Of a stretch of 64,000 bases of DNA, positions 56,462 to 64,000 are shown one piece after another. Numbering within the stretch: the first letter of the stretch is position 1; every line of letters begins with the position of its first letter. Made by a program: the position numbers and the translations under genes. This DNA is from an uncultured Thermomicrobiales bacterium (GTDB taxonomy: Bacteria > Chloroflexota > Chloroflexia > Thermomicrobiales > UBA6265), in NCBI GenBank assembly GCA_902806325.1, contig CADCWE010000201.1, forward strand, positions 1,030-65,029, written 5' to 3'. The notes below the pieces were generated by a model. It was not told the origin of the DNA. It did no database searches and saw nothing but the letters and a program-made list of their open reading frames with translations.

Positions 56462-57646
56462 TCACGAGCCATCGGCCGTCGGCGATCGGCGATCAGCGAT
56501 CGGCTGCCCCGTGCTTGCCGCTGACGGCCGGTCGCCGAGAGCCTCGGCGACCGGCACGAACGGCAAGCCGAACGCGTCCGCCACCGCCTGGTACGTCACG
56601 GCGCCGTCGAAGACGTTGACGCCCTTGGCCAGCGCGGGGTCACGGGCAATGGCGCCGGCCAGGCCGTGGTTGGCCAGTTCCAAGCCGTACGGCAGGGTGA
56701 CGTTGGAGAGGGCCAGGGTGCTGGTGCGGGGCACCGCGCCGGGCATGTTGGTGACGCAGTAGTGGATCACGCCGTCGACCAGGAAGGTCGGGTCGCTGTG
56801 GGAGGTTGGGCGGGCGGTCTCGATGCAGCCGCCCTGGTCGATCGCGACGTCGACGACGACCGAGCCGGGGCGCATCGCGCGGACCATCTCGGCCGTGACC
56901 AGTTTCGGCGCCTTGGCGCCGGCGATCAGGACGGCGCCGACGACCAGATCGGCCTCGGCGACGGCGGCGGCGATGTTTTGCGAGTTGGAGGCCAGGGTGT
57001 TGATCCGGCCGTGCAGCACCTGGTCCAGATAGCGCAGGCGCTCGACGGACAGGTCGAGGATCGTCACGTTGGCGCCCATCCCGAGCGCCATCTGGGCCGC
57101 GTTGGTGCCGACCACGCCGCCACCGACGACCGCGACGTTGGCGCCGGGCACCCCCGCCACGCCGCCAAGCAGCAGTCCGCGCCCGCCATGGGTCCGCTCC
57201 AGGTAGTGGGCGCCGATCTGGACCGCCATCCGGCCCGCGACCTCGCTCATCGGGGTCAGGAGCGGCAGAATCCGGTTGTCGAGTTGGACCGTTTCGTAGG
57301 CGACCGCCTGGACCCGGTTGCGCATCAGGGCGCGGGTCAGCGGTTCGTCGGCGGCCAGGTGGAGGTAGGTGAACAGCAACTGATCCGGCCGCAGGAGGTC
57401 GTACTCGGCGGCGACGGGTTCCTTGACCTTGACGATCATCTCGGCCTGGTCAAAGACCGACCGCGGGCCGTCCGCGATCGCGGCGCCCGCCGCCACGTAC
57501 TCGGCGTCGGAGAAGCCGCTGCCGCTCCCGGCGCCGCGCTCGACCAGGACCCGGTGTCCCCGCGCCACGTACTCGGCCACGCCGCCCGGGGTCGTCGAGA
57601 CGCGGTTCTCCCGGTCCTTGACCTCCCTCGGCACGCCCACGATCAT
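56462..57646 (-). CDS. ald: Alanine dehydrogenase
   Basis: Motifs: MIVGVPREVKDRENRVSTTPGG and the NAD fold VAVVGGGVVGTNAA. Colinear with Ald, plus a short C-terminal tail. Confidence 0.95.
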   Translation of the reverse strand: MIVGVPREVKDRENRVSTTPGGVAEYVARGHRVLVERGAGSGSGFSDAEYVAAGAAIADGPRSVFDQAEMIVKVKEPVAAEYDLLRPDQLLFTYLHLAADEPLTRALMRNRVQAVAYETVQLDNRILPLLTPMSEVAGRMAVQIGAHYLERTHGGRGLLLGGVAGVPGANVAVVGGGVVGTNAAQMALGMGANVTILDLSVERLRYLDQVLHGRINTLASNSQNIAAAVAEADLVVGAVLIAGAKAPKLVTAEMVRAMRPGSVVVDVAIDQGGCIETARPTSHSDPTFLVDGVIHYCVTNMPGAVPRTSTLALSNVTLPYGLELANHGLAGAIARDPALAKGVNVFDGAVTYQAVADAFGLPFVPVAEALGDRPSAASTGQPIADRRSPTADGS

Positions 57647-58001
57647 CCGTCATCGTCCCCTTTGCCTCGCCCGTTGTTGGGCCGGTCGCTTGCTCCACGC
57701 CGCAACCGGGCGGCGGGTGCGGCCCGCTCGCCGGCGTGGGTTACCCGCGGGGCTGGGCGGAGTCTAACATACATAATGCGCGGGACTGGGGTGGCGGGCG
57801 GTTGGATCGACCGAGGCGAGCGGGATCGGATGGGGTCGAGTCGAGGCGGTCTGGGAACGGGCGACCACATGGGAGTGCCCGTTCCCCATGCACCGACGCC
57901 GCGACCAGAACCAACCCGCCCCGGTGCGCTACCATCCCCCGACCGGCGCTCGGTGACCGGGCCACCGCCAACCGCTTCGACCACCCCAGGAGAACACCCC
58001 G

Positions 58002-59711
58002 ATGCCCCGACGATGGATCCAACCCGGAGCGCTGCTCCTGCTCGCCCTCACCATCGGGTTGGGCGCCCCGGCCGCGACCATCGCCCAAGAGGCAACGCCC
58101 GCCGCCAGCGGCGCCTCGATCGGCCGTGAGGAGTTCCGGCGCCAACTGCTGGACCGCTTCCCGATGGAGCCGGTCGGGCGGACCGGCGGCGCCGTCGTGG
58201 TCGGCGAGACCGGCGACATCTCCACCGTCAACGGCATCTTGACCGCGGACTACCCGACCTTCTACGTCACCGGCGCGATCTACGAAACCCTGGTCGGCGG
58301 CAGCCCGATCGACGGCACGATCGTGCCCGGCTTGGCCGATTCCTGGACCGTGGCGCCGGACGGGATCACCTACACCTTCCGCCTCAACCCGGCCGCGACC
58401 TGGCACGACGGCACCGACTTCACCGCCGAGGACGTCCGGTTCAGCTTCGACGCCGTGCTCGACCCCAACACCGGGAGTTCGTACACCACGACGGTCAACG
58501 AGGCCGTCGCGTCGTACCGCGTGGTCGACGCCGACACGTTCGAGATCGTCGCCCGCGACCGGTTCGTGGACTTTCTCTACAACGCCCCCGGCACGGTGCT
58601 GATCATGCCGCGGCACGTCTGGGAGCCGGTCGGGTTCGAGGCCTGGACCTTCGACGGCGGCAGCACCGGCGCCGACCCGGCGCGGGTCGTCGGCACCGGG
58701 CCGTTTAAGTTCCGCGAGTGGGTCCAGGGCGACCACGTCACCATCGTCCGCAACGACGCCTATTGGGACGTGGTGCCGAGCATCGACGAGTTCACGATCC
58801 GGATCCTGCCCGACGACACCTCGGCGGTCCAGGCCCTCAAGACCGGCGAGATCGACGTGATTGGGATCGTCCCGGCGGCTGAAACCCAGGGCGTGAGCGA
58901 TACCCCCGGTCTCAAGGTGGACGTCTACGACCTGCTCGATTCGACCTTCTACGCGATGAACCTGGACCCGGAGGTGACGCCGCTGTTCCAGGACCTGGCG
59001 GTGCGCCAGGCGCTGTTCCACGCCATCGACCGCCAAGCGATCACGGACACGATCTTCCTCGGCTACGGCGAGGTCGGCGCCGGCACCCAACCCAAGCTGT
59101 CCCCCGCCTACGCCCCCGAGCGGATGACCACCCAATACCCGTTCAGCCAGGACCGGGCGCGCGAACTGTTGGCCCAAGCCGGCTGGACCGACTCCGACGA
59201 CGACGGCACCGTCGACAAGGACGGCGCCGACCTGTCCTTCGACCTGATCTACGCCGGCGGCAGCGGCACCGTCGACCAGATGGTTGCCTACCTTCAGGAT
59301 GCCTGGCGGGCGGTCGGGGTCGAGATGAACCCCGAAAGCACCGACGGCTCGGTCCTGCTCGAGCGCCTCGACGACCACGACTTCGAGATGGCCCTGCTGG
59401 CGTTCTCCTGGGGGCCGGACGGCGGTCAGGGACCGGTCTTCGCCTGCGCCTCGGCGGAACGAGCGTTTAACTTTATGTCGTACTGCAACGCCCAATGGGA
59501 CGCCCTCGAAGAGCAGCAGAAGCGCGAATTCGACCCCGCGAAACGGCGGGAGCTGCTGATCCAGCAATCCGACATCGTCTGGACCGAGCAGCCGATCGGA
59601 CTGATCCGTTTCGGCGTCGGCCGCACCGGCTACGCCACCACGCTGCACAATTTCTACCCGAACGGGTACGGGCTGCTCTGGAGCTTGGCGTACGTCTGGG
59701 TGGACGAGTAG
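58002..59711 (+). CDS. Peptide/nickel ABC transporter substrate-binding protein (family 5)
   Basis: 569 aa. Signal peptide ALLLLALTIGLGAPAATIAQ. Family-5 pattern (WHDGTDFTAEDVRFSF, GTGPFKFREW). Confidence 0.9.
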   Translation: MPRRWIQPGALLLLALTIGLGAPAATIAQEATPAASGASIGREEFRRQLLDRFPMEPVGRTGGAVVVGETGDISTVNGILTADYPTFYVTGAIYETLVGGSPIDGTIVPGLADSWTVAPDGITYTFRLNPAATWHDGTDFTAEDVRFSFDAVLDPNTGSSYTTTVNEAVASYRVVDADTFEIVARDRFVDFLYNAPGTVLIMPRHVWEPVGFEAWTFDGGSTGADPARVVGTGPFKFREWVQGDHVTIVRNDAYWDVVPSIDEFTIRILPDDTSAVQALKTGEIDVIGIVPAAETQGVSDTPGLKVDVYDLLDSTFYAMNLDPEVTPLFQDLAVRQALFHAIDRQAITDTIFLGYGEVGAGTQPKLSPAYAPERMTTQYPFSQDRARELLAQAGWTDSDDDGTVDKDGADLSFDLIYAGGSGTVDQMVAYLQDAWRAVGVEMNPESTDGSVLLERLDDHDFEMALLAFSWGPDGGQGPVFACASAERAFNFMSYCNAQWDALEEQQKREFDPAKRRELLIQQSDIVWTEQPIGLIRFGVGRTGYATTLHNFYPNGYGLLWSLAYVWVDE

Positions 59712-59820
59712 GGGCGCATGGCATGCGCCCGATAAGCCACCGGCCCGTTCGATATCCCAAACGGCCGTCCCCGGCACCGTCATCGCGTCCGACAACGAGG
59801 GCGCACGCCCTGCGCCCCTA
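59709..59820. repeat. Two inverted GGGGCGC-hairpin repeats (family 2) filling a convergent intergenic gap
   Basis: taGGGGCGCATggcATGCGCCCgat at 59709-59733 and gaGGGCGCAcgcccTGCGCCCCta at 59797-59820. They are reverse-complement-related, and each abuts a stop codon (59709-11 and 59818-20). Confidence 0.65.
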
Positions 59821-60573
59821 TGACGTCCCGTCCGGTTGCCCGCCGCGAAACGCCTGCCAATGCCGCGCGATCGCCGCCGGATACAACGCGCACTCGGCCG
59901 CAAACACGCGGGCGGCGAGGGTCGCAGGGGTGTCGTCCGGCAAGACCGGGACGACGGCGCGCCCCACCACCGGGCCGGTGTCGTAGCCGTCGTCGACGAC
60001 GTGGACGGTGGCGCCGGATTCGGTCGCGCCGGAGGCGAGGACGGCGGCGTGGACCCGCTCGCCGTAGAAGCCGGGGCCGGCGGCGGGCGACTCCGGCAGC
60101 AGGGCGGGGTGGATGTTTAAGATGCGGCCCGCCCATTCCGAGGGCACGACGAGGCGGCGGAGGAACCCGGCGAGCGCGATCAGGTCCGGCGCGTGCGGCG
60201 CCAGCGCGGCGTAGATCGCGGCGCTATAGGCCGCGTCGCCGGGGTAGTCGCGGCGGCGGAGGGTGAGCGCGGGAACGCCGGCGGCGTCGGCGATCGCCAG
60301 GCCGCGCACGCCGGGCACGGAACTGACGACCGCGACGACGCGGGCGTCCAACTCCCCCGCCGCGATGGCGCGGAGCAGGTTTTCCAGGGTCCGCCCGGTG
60401 CCGGACAGGAGAACGGCGAGGGCGGGCGGCGAACGATCGGGTGGTCGCGCGTCGGTGGGTGTCGGCGTGGCGGGTTCCTTTCGGGAGGGAAGATCAAGGC
60501 ACGGACCGCGGCATTGTACGGATCGGGGCCGCCGCGGACCTGGAAGGTCGTTCCGTGATCGGGACCCGATCAA
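59818..60573 (-). CDS. purN: Phosphoribosylglycinamide formyltransferase
   Basis: Motifs: LAVLLSGTGRTLENLL, ILNIHPALLP, GATVHVVDDGYDTGPVV. The only in-frame start upstream of the domain is TTG at 60573, which gives a 50-aa Pro/Arg-rich leader, so the start is uncertain. Confidence 0.85.
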   Translation of the reverse strand: MIGSRSRNDLPGPRRPRSVQCRGPCLDLPSRKEPATPTPTDARPPDRSPPALAVLLSGTGRTLENLLRAIAAGELDARVVAVVSSVPGVRGLAIADAAGVPALTLRRRDYPGDAAYSAAIYAALAPHAPDLIALAGFLRRLVVPSEWAGRILNIHPALLPESPAAGPGFYGERVHAAVLASGATESGATVHVVDDGYDTGPVVGRAVVPVLPDDTPATLAARVFAAECALYPAAIARHWQAFRGGQPDGTS

Positions 60574-60896
60574 AACCGACCCGCTCCGGCGCGTACTCCG
60601 TCGCGCTTGTCTCTCCGATGGGCGATCGATCGCCTCCGCCGGCGTCTACGCTCGTCGCTGGTTCTATCCCCTTGACGCCCCAATGCGGCGTGCGTAGGAT
60701 GACGACAACGTTGTCGTTCAACGCCGGCCCACGGCGGCTCAGGGACGGTCACGGGCGGCATCGCGGCACGATGTGGTGGCGCGAAGGGGGGCGAACCGGA
60801 ACGACGGGCCGAGCAGCGAACGAGGATCCCGAGGCAGAGCGGCACGGCAACATGGCAGGCGACGAGGCGCGTCCGCCCGACGGAGGGGATCAGACC

Positions 60897-62198
60897 ATGC
60901 GTAGTCGTTGGCTCGATGGACCATCGTTGACCCGGCGGCGGTTGCTCCAACACTCCGGCGCCGGGGCCGCCGCGCTGGCCCTGGCCGGTGGTGCCGCGGC
61001 CACCGCGCCGCAGCGAACGGCGGCCCAGGACAAGGTCACCCTCACCTGGTTGGTCGACCTGCCAAACTCTCAGGAGGTCGCCGACCGCTTCACGGAGGCG
61101 AACCCCGACATCGAAATCGAGGTCGAGTTGCTGACCTTCCGCGAGGTCTTCCAGCAGAACCAGATCCGCCTCGGCTCCAAGGCCGATAACCCCGACATCG
61201 TGAGCGTCGACGCCCCCGTCGTCGCCTCCTACGGCCTCCGCGGCTGGTTGCTCCCGCTCGACGAACACATCCCGCAGGAGCAGGTCGACGCCTGGGTCGA
61301 TGCCCAGGCGCTCTCCAGCGTCTACGACGGCAAGCGCCTCTCGGCGCCGATCTGGAATTCTTCGCAGCTCTTCTACTACAACCTCGACCTCTTCGAGGCG
61401 GCCGGGGTGACGCCACCGGGACCGGAGGAGCGGTGGACCTGGGATCAGGTCGCCGATGCCGCCCAGCGGCTGACTCAAGGCGATGTTTTCGGCTTCCAGT
61501 TCGAGCAGTACAACCGGATCTACCAGCTCCAGCCCCTACCGCAGGGCAAGGGCGCGCCGGTGATCGGGGAGGACGGCCTGACCGTCAAGGGGATCATCGA
61601 CTCGCCGGAGTGGATCGAGGCCTTCACGTGGTTCGGCGACCTCCACACCAAGAGCAAGGTCGCTCCTCAAGGCACCGTCGATGTCCACGAACTGTTCATC
61701 AACCAGAAACTCGCGATGTGCGTCCGGGGGCCGTGGGCGATCAAGTCCCTGACCGAGGCCAATCTACCGTTCCGGTGGCGGGCCGCCCCGCACCCCTACT
61801 GGGGCGGCGAGATCTACGTCCCGACCGATTCCTGGCACCTCGGCGTCAACCCCAACGGCAAGCACCAGGCGGAGGCGATCCGGTTCGTTCAGTGGTCGTC
61901 GTCGCTCGAAGGCAGTCGGGTCTGGCGGGAGCTCGAGGACATCTGGCCGCCGCAGGAGTCGCTCCTGGAGGAGATCATTCAGGACCCGGCCAACGAGGAC
62001 TGGCCCGGCCGGGCCTACGCGGTGGCGGCCGCCGAGGCCCAGCATTCCGAGCCGCGCCCGTTGACCCCGGGCTACCTCGAGTACGAGGAGATCCTCTCCG
62101 ACGCCTTTGAGGACATCCGCAACGGCGCCGACGTGGAGCAGGCCCTCTCCGGGGCCGCCGACCGGATCGACCGGGAGATGGACAAGTACCGCACGTAG
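60897..62198 (+). CDS. Carbohydrate-type ABC transporter substrate-binding protein (family 1) with a Tat signal
   Basis: GGAGGGG SD plus ATG at 60897. Motifs: SLTRRRLLQHSGAGAAALALAG, VTLTWLVD, SAPIWNSSQLFYYN. Confidence 0.88.
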   Translation: MRSRWLDGPSLTRRRLLQHSGAGAAALALAGGAAATAPQRTAAQDKVTLTWLVDLPNSQEVADRFTEANPDIEIEVELLTFREVFQQNQIRLGSKADNPDIVSVDAPVVASYGLRGWLLPLDEHIPQEQVDAWVDAQALSSVYDGKRLSAPIWNSSQLFYYNLDLFEAAGVTPPGPEERWTWDQVADAAQRLTQGDVFGFQFEQYNRIYQLQPLPQGKGAPVIGEDGLTVKGIIDSPEWIEAFTWFGDLHTKSKVAPQGTVDVHELFINQKLAMCVRGPWAIKSLTEANLPFRWRAAPHPYWGGEIYVPTDSWHLGVNPNGKHQAEAIRFVQWSSSLEGSRVWRELEDIWPPQESLLEEIIQDPANEDWPGRAYAVAAAEAQHSEPRPLTPGYLEYEEILSDAFEDIRNGADVEQALSGAADRIDREMDKYRT

Positions 62199-62312
62199 TG
62201 GGCGGTGGGCGGTGGGCAGCCGATAGTATGGCGTGACGAGCCGTCAGCCGTCAGCACGAACGCCGTCGTCCTGCCCACCGCCCTCCGCCCACCGCCCACT
62301 CGGAGGCGGCCG

Positions 62313-63179
62313 ATGACCCGCGACGAGCGCTGGACGCCGTACCTGTTCCTGCTCCCGGCCATGGTGCTGCTGCTGATGTGGCGGTACATCCCGATCGTGT
62401 CTGGGCTGCGGGAAAGCTTCTACAGCAACGCGCTGAGCTTGACCGGGGGACGCGAGTTCGTTGGCTGGGACAACTTCACCCGGCTGTTCGACGATCCGGT
62501 GTTCTGGCAGTCGCTGCGGGTGACGACCTGGTTCAACGTGATCGTGTCTCCGCTGCAGGTGGTGTTGGCGCTGGCGCTGGCGGTGGTGGCGAACCAGGCG
62601 CTGCGTGGCATCGGTGTCTTCCGGACGATCCTCTTGCTGCCGGTGGCGATCTCGATCAACATCACCTCCCTCGCCTGGGGGCAGGCCCTGGACACCAACT
62701 ACGGGTTGGTCAACGGGTTGCTCGACGCGGTCGGGATCGCCCGCCAGCCGTTCCTGCGCTCGGTCGACCAGGCGTTGCCAACGCTGGTCGGGATCGTCAG
62801 TTGGATCGGCGTGCCGTTCTGGATGTTGTTCTTGTTGGCCGGGCTCCAGGGCATCCCGCGTGAGGTCCTGGAAGCGGCGAGGATCGACGGCGCCTCGCGC
62901 TGGCAGGCGTTCTGGCACGTCACGGTCCCGCTCCTGCGGCGGACGATCCTGTTCGTCCTGGTCTCGGACACGGTGATCAACTTCACCTTGTTCGCGCCGC
63001 CGTACCTCCTGACCCGGGGCGGACCGCAGGAGTCGACCAACCTCATGATGTACGAGGCATGGCAACGGGGGTTCGTCTACGGCGATCTTGGCGCCTCCGC
63101 CGCGATGGTCTTCGTGCTGCTGCTGATCACCGTCGTGGTCGTGGCGGTGGAGTTCGCGCTGCTGCGACCCCGGCATTAG
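62313..63179 (+). CDS. Carbohydrate ABC transporter permease (MalF type)
   Basis: GGAGG SD plus ATG at 62313. Motifs: RWTPYLFLLPAMVLLLMWRYIPI and LEAARIDGASRWQAFWHVTVPLL. Confidence 0.9.
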   Translation: MTRDERWTPYLFLLPAMVLLLMWRYIPIVSGLRESFYSNALSLTGGREFVGWDNFTRLFDDPVFWQSLRVTTWFNVIVSPLQVVLALALAVVANQALRGIGVFRTILLLPVAISINITSLAWGQALDTNYGLVNGLLDAVGIARQPFLRSVDQALPTLVGIVSWIGVPFWMLFLLAGLQGIPREVLEAARIDGASRWQAFWHVTVPLLRRTILFVLVSDTVINFTLFAPPYLLTRGGPQESTNLMMYEAWQRGFVYGDLGASAAMVFVLLLITVVVVAVEFALLRPRH

Positions 63180-63230
63180 TTAGGTTATTGGCCGGAGGCG
63201 ATCTGGCGGGTCCAAGACCAAGGAGTGACG

Positions 63231-64000
63231 ATGCGGGCCAGATGGGGGGACGAACCGGTTCCGGCGCCGGCGGCGGTCGGCGCCGGATCAACGATCGGCG
63301 AGCGGCGCATACGAGCCGTGGCGGCGTGGCGCTCGGGCGTCGGGCTGACGTTGCAATACGGGCTGCTGGTGGTCCTCGCGGCGGTGATCCTGGCGCCGCT
63401 GTGGTGGATCGGCGCCTCGTCGTTCACCACCCGCGAAACGGCGTGGAAGAACGTGCTGCCGTTCACCTGGCGGGCCTTGTTGCCGGACGAGTTCACCCTC
63501 GCCGGCTACCGCGCGATCTTCGCCAACGATTTCGGCCAGGCGCTGCTGAACACGCTGTTCGTCGGGTTGACGACGGTGGTGGGCACGATCGCGGTCTCCG
63601 CCACCGCCGGGTTCGCCTTCGCCCGGTTCGCGTTCCGGGGCAAGGGTCCCCTCTGGGCCTTGATCGTGGTCAGCCTGATGGTGCCGTGGGAAGCGACCGT
63701 GATCCCGGCCTACACCCTGGTCAACTCGCTCGGCTGGCTCAACACCTGGTACGCCCTGATCGTGCCGGCGTTGGCGAACGGGACGGTGGTCTTCCTCTTC
63801 CGCCAGTTCTTCGCCGACATCCCCCAGGACTTCCTCGACGCGGCGAGGGTGGACGGGGCCTCGTGGGGTCGGGTGCTGGCCGGGGTGGTGCTGCCGCTCT
63901 CCAAACCGGTCCTGATCACCTCGGCGATCCTGATCTTCCTCGCCCAGTGGAACGCCTTTTTCTGGCCGATGCTGGTCGCCCCGGATGCCGACCACCGCCT
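63231..64000 (+). CDS. Carbohydrate ABC transporter permease (MalG type), 3'-truncated by the window end
   Basis: AAGGAG SD plus ATG at 63231. My own translation gives ..LQYGLLVVLAAVILAPLWW.., LDAARVDGASWGRVLAGVVLPLSKP, open to position 64000. Confidence 0.88.
   Translation, partial: MRARWGDEPVPAPAAVGAGSTIGERRIRAVAAWRSGVGLTLQYGLLVVLAAVILAPLWWIGASSFTTRETAWKNVLPFTWRALLPDEFTLAGYRAIFANDFGQALLNTLFVGLTTVVGTIAVSATAGFAFARFAFRGKGPLWALIVVSLMVPWEATVIPAYTLVNSLGWLNTWYALIVPALANGTVVFLFRQFFADIPQDFLDAARVDGASWGRVLAGVVLPLSKPVLITSAILIFLAQWNAFFWPMLVAPDADHR

Overview
This is a visibly GC-rich bacterial chromosomal window. Third codon positions are almost all G/C, Shine-Dalgarno sites are GGAGG-type, and the antisense strand carries many long Arg/Pro/Gly-rich shadow ORFs, which I discard. 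All family calls come from reading motifs in the supplied translations; no searches were run. The gene content (F420-type enzymes, amylosucrase, Tat lipoproteins with Ala/Pro/Ser linkers) suggests a Thermomicrobia/Chloroflexota-like or similar high-GC lineage, but that is inference only.

I support about 60 CDS. I recognised no rRNA, tRNA or CRISPR array.

Gene content:
- Housekeeping: trpS, dprA, scpA/scpB, rplY, glyQS, ald, purN, and a xerD-like recombinase.
- Peptide handling: tandem pepF paralogues, and Opp/Dpp parts scattered over three sites (ATPases at 5.6-7.9 kb, permeases at 27.3-29.4 kb, binding protein at 58.0-59.7 kb).
- Three other ABC loci.
- Assorted metabolism: HpcH aldolase, LLM/F420 oxidoreductase, CYTH protein, PLP decarboxylase, aminotransferase, amylosucrase, LutB-LutA fusion, CoA-transferase plus citryl-CoA-lyase-like protein, and a KdaD-like FAH enzyme.
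- A YciI/sigma pair and several toxin-antitoxin-type genes.

Most interesting observations:
1. A 976-bp two-gene cassette sits in the 3' end of the FAH-family gene. It encodes a minimal nucleotidyltransferase-like protein and an XRE-HTH protein, has its own apparently leaderless promoter, and is bracketed by 99-bp direct repeats (48623-49796). A DUF2283-type remnant module lies next to it.
2. A LacI-controlled sugar-type ABC operon (37.0-45.2 kb) has as its only enzymes two ADP-ribosylglycohydrolase-fold proteins. One is interrupted by an in-frame TAG. The other is a 699-aa fusion to beta-sandwich domains.
3. Two dispersed palindromic repeat families and a roughly 360-bp element closed by a 35-46 bp inverted repeat.
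4. Several decayed or oddly started genes: an M19 dipeptidase remnant with compensating frameshifts, a CYTH gene with no canonical start, and a Tat-lipoprotein stub where a binding protein would be expected.
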